The notes beneath the pieces are model-generated. The model made no database searches, was not told the origin of the DNA, and saw only the letters and a list, made by a program, of their open reading frames with translations. This document shows, piece after piece, positions 8,618 through 18,376 of a DNA stretch of 64,000 bases. The DNA is taken from contig VBHP01000031.1 in assembly GCA_005881435.1 (NCBI GenBank), positions 15,242 to 79,241 on the forward strand. The letters are read 5' to 3'. The position numbers were made by a program, and so were the translations under genes. Every line of letters starts with the position of its first letter. The first letter of the stretch is position 1. Origin of the DNA: Chloroflexota bacterium. Lineage in GTDB: Bacteria > Chloroflexota > Limnocylindria > P2-11E > CF-107.

Positions 8618-9838
8618 ATGCCGACCGAAACCGATCGCACGCTCGCCGAGGCGCTCTCGGGTATCGCGCGCGCGGACGTGATCGTCGGGATCCCGTCGTA
8701 CAACAACGCCAAGACCATCGCGCACGTCGTCGACATGGCGCGTCAGGGATTGCGCCACTCGTTCCCCGCGCTGACCGGCGTCGTCGTCAACTCCGACGGG
8801 GGCAGCGAGGACGGCACGCGCGATGTCGTCACGGAACAGGACACGCCCGAGCTGCGCGTCGTCAGCGGCCGCTACACCGGGCCAAGCGGAAAGGGCAGCG
8901 CCCTGCGTGCCGTGTTCGAAGCGGTGAGGCAGCTCGGCGCTCGCGCCGCCTGCGTCGTCGACAGCGACCTCCGCAGCATCGCCCCGGAGTGGATCGAGCG
9001 GCTGCTACGTCCCGGCATCGATGGTCGCGCCGGGTACGTCACGCCGCTGTACATCCGTCACAAGCACGACGGCACCATCACCAACAACGTCATCTATCCG
9101 GTGGTGCGAGCGCTGTACGGCAAGCGCGTGCGACAGCCGATCGGCGGCGACTTCGGGTTCAGCGCCGACATGGCGCGGCGCTGGCTCGCCGAGGACGTCT
9201 GGGAGACGGACGTGGCCCGCTTCGGCATCGACGTGTTCATGACCACGACGGCCCTCGCGTCCGGCGCGACGGTGATGCAGGCCGCGCTCGGCGCGAAGCT
9301 GCACGATCCCAAGGATCCGGCGCGACACCTCGCGCCGATGTTCACGCAGGTCAGTAGCGCCCTGGTCGACCGGCTCCGGGCGCACCGCGCGTTCTGGTCC
9401 CGAGCGGTCGGATCCGAGCCGCTCGAGACCGAAGGACAAGCGCCGGCGATCGAGCCCGACGATGTTCGCGTCGACCTCGCCGGGCTCGATGCCGCGTTCC
9501 GCCTTGCCAACACGCCCGATCGCGAGCGCTGGTCGGAGATCATCTGCGCCGACGAGCTCGCGACGTTCACGGCGGCGGCCGAAGCCGAGGCGCCGTCGGG
9601 ATGGGACACGGAGCGCGCCTGGGCGCGGATCGTCTACGACGTTCTCGGTTCGTCGATGCGCGACGGCGCGCAGACCGCCGCGAACGTGCGGGCGCTGCTG
9701 CCGCTGTACTTCGGTCGCATCGCGATGCACGTCCGCGCCGCCTCGGGGATGCCGAGCAGCGCCGCGGAGGCGCTCGTGGAGCGTCAGGCGGAAGCGTTCG
9801 AGGCGGAGAAGCCGCATCTGCTGAAGTCGGCGCGATGA
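8618..9838 (+). CDS. GT-A glycosyltransferase resembling GT78 mannosylglycerate synthase / MggS (glycosyl-glycerate synthase-like)
   Basis: Start at the internal ATG 8618, because the upstream part overlaps the esterase. IPSYNN, DGGSEDGT, GKG, and the block CVVDSDLRSIAPEWI, which resembles HFYDADITSFGPDWI of Rhodothermus MGS as recalled from memory. Confidence 0.5.
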   Translation: MPTETDRTLAEALSGIARADVIVGIPSYNNAKTIAHVVDMARQGLRHSFPALTGVVVNSDGGSEDGTRDVVTEQDTPELRVVSGRYTGPSGKGSALRAVFEAVRQLGARAACVVDSDLRSIAPEWIERLLRPGIDGRAGYVTPLYIRHKHDGTITNNVIYPVVRALYGKRVRQPIGGDFGFSADMARRWLAEDVWETDVARFGIDVFMTTTALASGATVMQAALGAKLHDPKDPARHLAPMFTQVSSALVDRLRAHRAFWSRAVGSEPLETEGQAPAIEPDDVRVDLAGLDAAFRLANTPDRERWSEIICADELATFTAAAEAEAPSGWDTERAWARIVYDVLGSSMRDGAQTAANVRALLPLYFGRIAMHVRAASGMPSSAAEALVERQAEAFEAEKPHLLKSAR

Positions 9839-11943
9839 CGGTTTCGCTGAAAGAGGGCGAGGTCGTCCTGATCACCCCGGACGACGGCTCGATCCCGGCG
9901 GACGATCCCGGCGCACACGGCCTCTACTACCACGACATGCGCTTCGTCTCGGTGTTCGAGCTGCGGATCAACGGCGAGCCACCGATGCTGCTGTCAGCGA
10001 ACGGCGACGAGAACTACGTCGCGACCTTCCAGCTCATCAACGACCAGGTCGTGCTCGCCGACGGCTCGAGGCTCCAGCCCCAGTCACTGTCGATCCGCCG
10101 CACGCGGTTCGTTGCCGACGGCTGGCGCGAGCGCATCGGGCTGCTGAACTGTTCGGCGCAGACGGTCACGCTGGAGATCGCGCTGATCGTCGACGCCGAT
10201 TTCCAGGATCTGTTCTCCATCCGCGGATACCACGGCATGGACCTGCCGCCGGTCACGCGAGAGATGCGCGAGGGTGGCGTGAACCTGTGGGCGCGCGGGG
10301 CCGACGGGATCGTCCGCACCACCCGCGTCCGTACCATCCCCGATCCCACCGCCGTCGTCGGACGCGAGCTGCGGTTCACTCGCACGCTCGGGCCGCAGGA
10401 GGTCTTCGCCATGGAGGTGCGGCTCATACCGTACGAAGACGACAAGCCGCCGACCGCGGGACTACGCGACTTCGACGAGGCCATCGAGGCGGTCCGCGAG
10501 AGCTACAAGGGCTTCTTGAAGGACAGCACCCGCGTCGCGACCTCGCGTGAGCGGCTCGACCGCGAGCTGCTCGAGCGCTCGGCCCGCGATGTGCGAGCGC
10601 TGCTCGACTTCGAGCCGACCGGGCCGTATCCGACCGCGGGCATCCCGTGGTACGCGACGCCGTTCGGCCGCGACGGGATCATCGCCGGGCTGCAGACGTT
10701 GTGCTTCAACCCCGACGTGGCCGTCGGCACGTTGCGGCTGCTGGCGCGCTACCAAGGTCGAAAGGTCGATCCCTACACCGAGGAGGAGCCGGGAAAGATC
10801 CTCCACGAGCTGCGGCGCGGCGAGCTGGCACGGCTCGGGCGGGTGCCGCATCGCCCTTACTACGGGACCGTCGACGCGACGCCGCTCTTCGTCTCGCTGC
10901 TGGTCGAGACGGTCCGCTGGCTTGGCGACTGGACGCTGTACCGCGAGCTGCTGCCAAGCGCCGATGCGGCCCTGCGCTGGTGCGACACATTCGGCGACAT
11001 CGACGACGACGGCTTCGTGGAGTACGCCAGCAGCGGTTCCAGCGTCGAGCTCCGCAACAAGGGTTGGAAGGACTCGCAGTCGTCGTTGTCATACCGCGAC
11101 GGCTCATACGCCCAGCTGCCCGCCGCGCTCGTCGAAGTCCAAGCGTACGTGTACCACGCCAAGCGCGGCATGGCCGAGCTGGCCGCGCTCGACGGCGACG
11201 CCGAGCGCGCGGCGCGCCTGCACCGCGAGGCCGAAACGCTACGCGAGCACTTCGAAGACGTCTTCTGGATGCCTGCCGAGCGCTGCTACGCGCAGGCGCT
11301 CGACGCGTCGAAGCGACAGATCGAGGCCGTGACGAGCAATGCCGGTCACGCGCTGTGGGCCGGCATAGCCTCGCCCGAACGCGGCGCGCTCGTCGCAGCG
11401 CGGCTGATGGAGCGCGACATGTTCAGCGGCTGGGGCGTGCGCACGCTCTCATCGGGCTATCCGACGTACAACCCCATGAGCTACCACAACGGCTCGGTGT
11501 GGCCACATGACAACTCCATGATCGCCGCGGGTCTGGCGGCATACGGCGAGCACGATCGCGCGAATCAGATCATCAGCGCCATGGTCGACGCCGGCCTCCG
11601 CTTCCCGAACGCGCGGCTGCCGGAGCTCTTCTGCGGGTTCTTCCGCGACCAGCGATTCTCCAACCGTCCGGCCGACTACCTCGTGTCGTGCATCCCGCAA
11701 GCGTGGTCGGCCGCGGCGCCGCTGCTGTTCCTTCAGACCATGCTCGGCCTGCGGCCGGAGCTCGCGACGCGCGAGCTTCACGTCGATCCGGTCCTGCCGC
11801 AATGGCTCGAGCGTGTCGACGTCGTCGGCCTTCGCGCTCTCGGCCGCCGCTATACGTTTCGCGTCCGACGGACGCGCCGCGGTGTCCGCGTCAGCGGAGA
11901 CCTTCGCCGGCCACTGGGCACGCGCGTTGCAGCTACCGCCTGA
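9835..11943 (+). CDS. Glycogen-debranching-enzyme-like (GDE_N_bact + amylo-alpha-1,6-glucosidase / six-hairpin GH) glycoside hydrolase
   Basis: ATGA overlap with the upstream GT; GDE-type motifs PWYATPFGRDGII and GWKDSQ; (alpha/alpha)6-type C-terminal region; 702 aa. Confidence 0.65.
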   Translation: MTVSLKEGEVVLITPDDGSIPADDPGAHGLYYHDMRFVSVFELRINGEPPMLLSANGDENYVATFQLINDQVVLADGSRLQPQSLSIRRTRFVADGWRERIGLLNCSAQTVTLEIALIVDADFQDLFSIRGYHGMDLPPVTREMREGGVNLWARGADGIVRTTRVRTIPDPTAVVGRELRFTRTLGPQEVFAMEVRLIPYEDDKPPTAGLRDFDEAIEAVRESYKGFLKDSTRVATSRERLDRELLERSARDVRALLDFEPTGPYPTAGIPWYATPFGRDGIIAGLQTLCFNPDVAVGTLRLLARYQGRKVDPYTEEEPGKILHELRRGELARLGRVPHRPYYGTVDATPLFVSLLVETVRWLGDWTLYRELLPSADAALRWCDTFGDIDDDGFVEYASSGSSVELRNKGWKDSQSSLSYRDGSYAQLPAALVEVQAYVYHAKRGMAELAALDGDAERAARLHREAETLREHFEDVFWMPAERCYAQALDASKRQIEAVTSNAGHALWAGIASPERGALVAARLMERDMFSGWGVRTLSSGYPTYNPMSYHNGSVWPHDNSMIAAGLAAYGEHDRANQIISAMVDAGLRFPNARLPELFCGFFRDQRFSNRPADYLVSCIPQAWSAAAPLLFLQTMLGLRPELATRELHVDPVLPQWLERVDVVGLRALGRRYTFRVRRTRRGVRVSGDLRRPLGTRVAATA

Positions 11944-12042
11944 GCACGCTCGCCTTCTCGCTCGGTGTCCGTTCGGAGCGTGAGTCCCTCGGCCGCAAAT
12001 GGTGCTGAAATAAGGTCGTTCGGAGGTCGGAGCAGGAGAAGC

Positions 12043-13254
12043 ATGCCGCGCGTACTGCTGCTGCACTACACCTTCCCCGGCATCGTCGGCGGTGTCGAGA
12101 TGGTGCTCGCGCGTCATGCGGCCGCGCTGCGCGATGCCGGCGCCGACGTCGTCATCGCCGCCGCGGGCGTGCGCTCGGCGCGCATCCCGGAGCTGGACTC
12201 GCGCCATCCCATGGTCGAACGCGTCTTCCACGAGCTAGCCGCGGGCGAGGTCAGTGAACGACTCGAGCATCTGCGCGAACGGATCCGCGAACGGCTGGCG
12301 CCGGAGATCCTCCGCAGCGAGCGCGTGGTCGCGCACAACGTCCTCACGCTGCATAAGAATCCCGCGCTCGCGCTGGCGCTCCGCGACCTCGCACGCGGCA
12401 TGACGCCGGGCAAGCTCGTGGTGTGGGTGCACGATCTGGCGTGGACCGACCGGCGCTATGCGCGGCAGCGCCACGACGGGGAACCCTGGGACACGTTCGC
12501 TCGTCCGATCCCTGGCGCCCGCTACGTGGCCGTGTCGGAGGCGCGTCGAGACGAGACCGCGCAGCTGCTCGGCATCCCCGACGATGCCATCGCGATCGTG
12601 CCGAACGGCATCGATCTCGCCGAGGTGCTCCGACTTTCGTCGACGACACGCGCACTCGTCGACCGGCTCGGCCTCGGCGGCGCGACGGTGCTGCTGCTGC
12701 CGGCACGACTGACCCGGCGAAAGCGCGTCGAGGTGGCCATCGACGCCGCGGCGGCGCTGTCGCGTCGTGGCCGCCGCATCCGCTTGCTCGTGACCGGTGG
12801 TCCCGGACCGCACAACGCGGACAACGTCCGGTATCTCGAGGAGCTGCGTGGCCGCGTGACGGCCTCGCGGGGTGCGGCGGTGCTCCTGCACGACGCCGTG
12901 CCCGGACCGCTGTCGCATCGCGCGGTGATGGAGCTGCTGTCGCTGGCCGATGCCCTGGTCTTCCCCTCCGAGCAGGAGGGCTTCGGCATCCCGTTGCTGG
13001 AAGCCGCGGCGCTGCGGGTGCCGATCATCGCAAGCGACATCCCGGCGCATCGCGCGCTCGTCGGCGAGCAGGCGACCTACGTGGCGCCGGATGCCGACGC
13101 GGATCAGCTCGCCGCAGCCATCGAGCACGCGCTCGAAAGCGACGCCGCTGCCCGCCGCCGGGCTGTGGCGCGGGAGCACGAGTGGTCCCGCATCCTGGCC
13201 GATCGGGTCGTGCCGCTGGTCCTCGGCGAACGCTCGGGCACGCGGAGCGCGTGA
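12043..13254 (+). CDS. GT4-family glycosyltransferase (MggA-like candidate)
   Basis: Internal ATG 12043 preceded by AGGAGAAG Shine-Dalgarno. GT4 C-terminal EX7E-type region PSEQEGFGIPLLEAAALRVPIIASD. Confidence 0.75.
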   Translation: MPRVLLLHYTFPGIVGGVEMVLARHAAALRDAGADVVIAAAGVRSARIPELDSRHPMVERVFHELAAGEVSERLEHLRERIRERLAPEILRSERVVAHNVLTLHKNPALALALRDLARGMTPGKLVVWVHDLAWTDRRYARQRHDGEPWDTFARPIPGARYVAVSEARRDETAQLLGIPDDAIAIVPNGIDLAEVLRLSSTTRALVDRLGLGGATVLLLPARLTRRKRVEVAIDAAAALSRRGRRIRLLVTGGPGPHNADNVRYLEELRGRVTASRGAAVLLHDAVPGPLSHRAVMELLSLADALVFPSEQEGFGIPLLEAAALRVPIIASDIPAHRALVGEQATYVAPDADADQLAAAIEHALESDAAARRRAVAREHEWSRILADRVVPLVLGERSGTRSA

Positions 13255-15065
13255 TGCGCGTGCTCGTCGCCATCGGCGACATCGATCGGGACCGCGGCCT
13301 CGTCGACGTGGCGCGGGCGCTCGGCGACGGCGGCGATCTGGTCCTCGCCTCGGTCGTGGAGATACCCGGATCACGATCGCTGGCCTCGGCGCAGCCGCGC
13401 GCCCGAACGCGCCGGCTGCAGCTGCAATCGTTCACCAAACGCGCCGGCATCACCGCGGGCGTGGTGGTGAAGGTCGCGCGCAAGACGCTCGACGCCATCG
13501 CCGAGGCGGTCGAGCACGAGCAGGCCAAGCTTCTGATCATCGGTTGGCCGAGCGCATCACCGAGCGAGGCGCTCAACGAGTTCCTGTCGCATCCACCCTG
13601 CGACGTCGCCGTCGTGGTCGGCGATGTCGGCGGCGCGCGCCGGATCCTCGTGCCGGTGCGCGGCGGACGCTACGCGCAGCTCGCGGTGGCGATCGCCTCG
13701 GCCATCGCCGCGCATAACGACGGCAACGTCACGCTGCTGCACGCGACCGAGCCCGGACGCGATGCCCCACGAACGCGGAGCGCGCTGTATGACGTGCTCG
13801 GCGCGGCGCAGCACTCGCGCATCGGACAGCTTGTCAGCGCCGTCGGTCCGGCCGCGGAAGTGATCCGCTCACAGCTGCCGGACCACGACCTCGTGGTGCT
13901 CGGTGCAACCGCGCGCGACGGCGTGAGCTCCTCGTTCGGACCCATCGCCGAGGCGCTGGCGGCGTCGGGGACGCCGCTCCTGGTGGTGCGCACCCGCACG
14001 CCGGTCGCCTCGCGCATCTTTTCGGCGCGCTCGACGCTGCCGGCTGACCGACGCGAACGCAGCGGTTACATCTCCGAGCTGGTGGACAAGTGGTTCGCCG
14101 AGAACACCTTCGTCTCCTCCGAGTTCGCCGACCTCGAGCGCCTCGTCGATCTCAAGCGCCGCCAGGGCGTGACCATTTCGGTGGGACTGCCGGCATTGAA
14201 CGAAGAGGAGACGATCGGCGACGTGGTGTACACGATGCGCAAGCGGCTGATGGGCCGCTATCAACTGGTCGACGAGATCGTCGTCATCGACTCCGGCTCG
14301 AGCGACCGGACCCGCGAGATCGCGAAGGGCGAAGGCGTGCCCGTCTACGTGCATCAGGAGATCGTGCCCGAACTGGGCGCGAACTCCGGCAAGGGCGAGG
14401 CGCTGTGGAAGAGCCTGTTCGTGCTGCGCGGCGACATCGTCTGTTGGGTCGATACGGACATCCGCAACATCCACCCCAAGTTCGTGTACGGCATCGTCGG
14501 CCCACTTCTGGTCCATCCGCGGCTGCAGTATGTGAAGGCGTTCTATCAGCGACCGCTCAACGTCGGAGAGACGATGCAGGCAACCGGCGGCGGACGAGTG
14601 ACGGAGCTGACCGCGCGGCCGATCCTCAATCTCTTTTTTCCGGAGCTCTCCGGCATGATCCAGCCGCTCTCCGGCGAATACGGTGGGCGGCGCGCGCTGC
14701 TCGAGCAACTGCCGTTCTTCACCGGTTACGGCGTCGAGACCGGCCTGCTCATCGACGTCCTGCAGCGCGGCGGACTCGACGCCATCGCGCAAACGGACAT
14801 GAAGCAGCGGATCCATCGCAACCAGTCGCTGCTGGCGCTGTCGAAGATGTCGTTCGCCCTGCTCCAAGTGGTGCTGAAGCGCGTCGGCGAATCGACCGGT
14901 CGAGCCATCTGGGAAGAAGCGAACTCGTCGCTGAAGCTCATCCGCGGCGACCGCGGTCGCTATCGGCTCGACGTCCAGGAGATCGTCGAGGGCGAGCGGC
15001 CGCCGCTGGTCAGCGTGCCGCAATATCGCATTCGCCGGAATTCCTCGTTGGTCGGGGTCGGTTAG
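13255..15065 (+). CDS. gpgS: Tandem universal-stress-protein (UspA) domains fused to glucosyl-3-phosphoglycerate synthase (GpgS, GT81)
   Basis: ATG immediately follows the GT4 stop. The N-terminal 280 aa carry two USP-like alpha/beta repeats. The C-terminal half matches GpgS motifs: TISVGLPALNEEETI, VIDSGSSDRT, GKGEALWKSL, ATGGGRVTEL, QPLSGEY, IAQTDMKQRIHRNQ. Confidence 0.75.
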
Positions 15066-15153
15066 CGCCGCTCTAATGCATTCGGGCTAGGTAGCGGCCA
15101 CCCATTGGTGTGATGACGCACTCGCTGCCGGCGTCGAGACTGGTCGCACAGCT

Positions 15154-16326
15154 ATGGCCGGGGAGCGGATCCGAGTCCTGATCGTCGACGATCACGACGC
15201 CACGGTGCAGACCGTGACGACGATGCTTCAACTCGACCCCGAGTTCGAAGTGATCGGGGTCGCCGGCGACGGGAAGACCGGCGTCGACCAAGTCGCGGCG
15301 CTGCACCCTGACGTCGTGCTGATGGACATCAACATGCCGGTGATGGACGGCATCAGCGCGACCGAGATCATCGTCCAGCAGCACCCCGGCACCGCGGTGG
15401 TGATGCTGTCGGCGCAGACCGATCACGAATACCTCCGGCGCTCGATGAACGTCGGCGCCAGCTACTTCCTGGCGAAGCCGGTCTCGAGCGATGAGATCTA
15501 TAACGCCATCCGGCGCGCGAACGAGGTCAACCGACTCCGTTCGCAGCGCTACGCCGCTCCGCCCCCGGAGCCCGAGCCGACCGCGCCAGCCGGTACGGCG
15601 ATCGCGTTCTTCTCCCCGAGCGGCGGCGTCGGGCGCACGACGATCGTGACCAACCTCGCCGTCGCGCTGCAGAAGATCGCCCCGACCGCGATCGTCGACC
15701 TGAGCCTCCCGTTCGGCGACATCGCGGTGCTGCTGAACGCGCCGCCGAAAGCGAAGTCCATCGGCGACCTCGTCGGCAAGTTCGCCACGCTTCGCGGGGC
15801 CGACGTCGACCAGGTGCTGTTCACGCATCGCTCTGGCGTTCGCGCGCTGCTCGCGCCGCCCTCGCCGGAGATGGAGGAGCGCATCGGACCCGACGATGTG
15901 CGCAAGCTGCTCACCGTGATCCGGCAACAGTTCCGCTTCGTGATCGTGGACACCTGGGCCTCGTACGGCGAGACGATGCTCGCCGTCCTCGAGAGCGCCG
16001 ACCGCATCGTCCTTCCCTTCACCCTGGAGCTGACGAGCGTCAAGAACGCACGGGTCTTCATCGAGGTAATGCGCAAGGTCGGGCTGGATCCCAAGGTCTC
16101 GCTGCTGGTGAATCGCGTGGATCAGCCCAACGGGCTGAAGCTATCCGAGATCGAAGGCGGGCTCGGCCGCAAGTCGTCGTACCAGCTATCGACGGACGAG
16201 GCGTCGCTGCGTCTGGCCATGAACCGCGGGCTGCCCGTCGTCGACACGCACCCGGACAGCAAGCTCGCCAGAGAGTTCGCCGCCGTCGCCAAGGCAGTCG
16301 CAGCCGAGCCGGCCCTCACGCGTTAG
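15154..16326 (+). CDS. Response-regulator receiver domain fused to a CpaE/TadZ-like (MinD/ParA-fold) ATPase domain
   Basis: Receiver with DD, phospho-acceptor D (LMDINMP) and K (LAKP). Deviant Walker A FFSPSGGVGRTT, typical of TadZ/CpaE. Confidence 0.65.
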   Translation: MAGERIRVLIVDDHDATVQTVTTMLQLDPEFEVIGVAGDGKTGVDQVAALHPDVVLMDINMPVMDGISATEIIVQQHPGTAVVMLSAQTDHEYLRRSMNVGASYFLAKPVSSDEIYNAIRRANEVNRLRSQRYAAPPPEPEPTAPAGTAIAFFSPSGGVGRTTIVTNLAVALQKIAPTAIVDLSLPFGDIAVLLNAPPKAKSIGDLVGKFATLRGADVDQVLFTHRSGVRALLAPPSPEMEERIGPDDVRKLLTVIRQQFRFVIVDTWASYGETMLAVLESADRIVLPFTLELTSVKNARVFIEVMRKVGLDPKVSLLVNRVDQPNGLKLSEIEGGLGRKSSYQLSTDEASLRLAMNRGLPVVDTHPDSKLAREFAAVAKAVAAEPALTR

Positions 16327-16330
16327 CGAA

Positions 16331-17539
16331 TCACTCCAGCTTCCGGATCGCCGGCAGCGCCAGGCCGGCCAGCCCGAACAGCGCGATGACCGCGCCTCCC
16401 GCGACGAAGACCGGCGATGCTCCGAACGCGGCAATCATCGCGCCGCCCACGACCGGGGCGATCGGCGCCAGCAGCGAGCCGCCGAACATATCGACGCTCG
16501 AGACTCGTCCGAGGTACTCGCGCGGCACATAGCGCTGCAGCGCGTTGACCCACGGCACCTCGAAGCCGATGAGACAGGTGCCGCTAAGCGCGGCGAAGGC
16601 CAGCGCGACGAGCAGGTTCGGCGACACACCGATCCCCGCCAGCGCCAGCCCGAACAGCGCCGTATACAGGTACAGCACCACGCCGACGCGGCGGTAACGG
16701 AACTGGCCGACGATGAACGCACCGAGGAGCTCGCCGAACCCCGTCGCGCCCGTCACCAGGCCGAAGACCGTGGCATCTCCCGCGAACGTGTCGCGCACCA
16801 GGATCGGCAGTCCGGTCCAGGCCGCGATGTAGGCGGCGACGACGAAGGCGAATCCGAAGATCGTCACCCACAGCCACGTGAGCGAGAACGTGAACCGTAG
16901 GCCCGCGCCGATCTGCGACAGGATCGATCCGCTCACCTGGCCGGCCGTCGTCGTCGTCGCGCGCATGGCGTAGACCGCGCCGAAGCTGACGAAGAACGTC
17001 AGCGCGTTGAACGCGAACGCGGCCGCGGGTCCGGCGGTGCCGATGAGCAGGCCGGCGAAGACGGGACCGACGAGCAGACCAGCCTGCCGCGAGAACGAGC
17101 GCAGCACGTTCCCTTGCAGCAGGACCGCCGCCGGTACGACCTCGGGGATGATCGCCTGCATCGCCGGAAAGAAGAAAGAGAAGGTCGCGCCGTTGATGGC
17201 CGCGGCGACGTAGAGATGCTCGACGCGCAGCAGGCCGGCGGCGGAAAGCCCCGCGACTGCGGTGAAGACGGCGCCGTTCGCGATGTCGCTGGCCAGGATC
17301 ACGCGGCGTCGCGGCAGCCGGTCGACCACCGCGCCGCCGAGCAACAGGAAGATCAGGCCCGCGGCGGCCAGGATTCCCGAGACGATGCCGATCTGGACCG
17401 GCGAGTTCGTCAGCAGCAGCACCTGCCACGGCAGCGCGATCTGGTTCACGAAGTTGCCGACGGCGGAGAAGGTCTGCCCGCTCCACAGCAGCGCGAAATC
17501 GCGGTTGCGCAGCGGCTCGACCAGACGCGGGACCCGCAC
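16331..17539 (-). CDS. MFS transporter (EntS/YbdA-like efflux family)
   Basis: 12 predicted TM helices. The upstream Arg-rich in-frame extension is rejected; start assigned to a GTG that overlaps the HAD stop (TAGTG). Confidence 0.7.
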   Translation of the reverse strand: MRVPRLVEPLRNRDFALLWSGQTFSAVGNFVNQIALPWQVLLLTNSPVQIGIVSGILAAAGLIFLLLGGAVVDRLPRRRVILASDIANGAVFTAVAGLSAAGLLRVEHLYVAAAINGATFSFFFPAMQAIIPEVVPAAVLLQGNVLRSFSRQAGLLVGPVFAGLLIGTAGPAAAFAFNALTFFVSFGAVYAMRATTTTAGQVSGSILSQIGAGLRFTFSLTWLWVTIFGFAFVVAAYIAAWTGLPILVRDTFAGDATVFGLVTGATGFGELLGAFIVGQFRYRRVGVVLYLYTALFGLALAGIGVSPNLLVALAFAALSGTCLIGFEVPWVNALQRYVPREYLGRVSSVDMFGGSLLAPIAPVVGGAMIAAFGASPVFVAGGAVIALFGLAGLALPAIRKLE

Positions 17540-18294
17540 TACGCCGCGGCGAGCTCGGCGATGACGTCGGGGAGCGCGGCCAGATCGCGGAGCACGCGCG
17601 TCGGCCGAACGCTGTCCAGCGGCTCGCCGTGCCGGTTCACGAACACCGTCCGATAGCCGAGCGCCGTCGCTGGGACGACGTCGTGGTAGAGCGATGCGCC
17701 GACGTGAACGGTGCGCTCCGGCGACGCGCCGCTGCGGCGCTGAAAGACTTGCCAGTGGCCGTGGGCCGGCTTGTAGCTGCCGGCGTCCTCGGCGGTGATG
17801 GCCAGATCGGGCGCGATGCCGAGCTGAGCGATCGAGGTGGCGAGCAGATCGCGATCGACGTTGGAGAGGATCGCCACGCGCGGTCCGCCGGCGCGAAGAC
17901 GGCGCAGCGCCGCCGGCACCTCCGGGAAGGGCCGCCACGATGGCAATGAGGCCGGCACCGGCGAGGGCTTCGTTTCGGGCAGGGGCCGCCCGAGTCGTTC
18001 GAGGAGCAGCCGGCTCGCGCGGTTGAGCACCTCGCGGTACTTGAGGTACTGGCCGCGCTCCACCTCGGCCTCGACGGCGATGTACAGCTGGCCCAGCTCG
18101 TCGCGATCGATCCCGCGCGGCAGCAGCGGCGCGAGCGCGGCGTAGATTCCGCCCTCCCAGTCGATGAGCGTTCCGTAGCAATCGAACGTGACCCAATCCA
18201 CCGCGGACACGGCGCAAGTATTACGAACCGCGTGCACGAACTCGTAGCCCAACTCTGTCGCGGCGACGGAGCCTCCGGCTGACCATTCGAGCAT
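17539..18294 (-). CDS. HAD-superfamily hydrolase (haloacid-dehalogenase type II-like)
   Basis: Motif I FDCYGTLID, motif III K, motif IV D; ATG at 18294..18292 chosen as start. Confidence 0.7.
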   Translation of the reverse strand: MLEWSAGGSVAATELGYEFVHAVRNTCAVSAVDWVTFDCYGTLIDWEGGIYAALAPLLPRGIDRDELGQLYIAVEAEVERGQYLKYREVLNRASRLLLERLGRPLPETKPSPVPASLPSWRPFPEVPAALRRLRAGGPRVAILSNVDRDLLATSIAQLGIAPDLAITAEDAGSYKPAHGHWQVFQRRSGASPERTVHVGASLYHDVVPATALGYRTVFVNRHGEPLDSVRPTRVLRDLAALPDVIAELAAA

Positions 18295-18376
18295 GCGACC
18301 CACGGCTGATTCCGTCTGGTGTGGCGTGCGAGCGCCGCGTGATGCCGTGACGTTCCAGCGACTCTGCGCGATCGCG

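Noticed and set aside
12423-13254. N-terminal 277 codons of the 880-aa ORF 12423..15065
   Set aside because: This part overlaps the GT4 gene in another frame and is Arg-rich. An ATG directly after the GT4 stop begins a clean USP domain, so the gene is taken as 13255..15065.
17540-18217. Upstream extension of about 226 aa on the MFS transporter ORF (similar extensions on carA, coaBC, hutI, pyrC, the radical-SAM gene and the CPBP gene)
   Set aside because: The extensions are Arg-rich and overlap the upstream same-strand gene. Internal starts that overlap the upstream stop codon (coupling) give proteins of canonical length.
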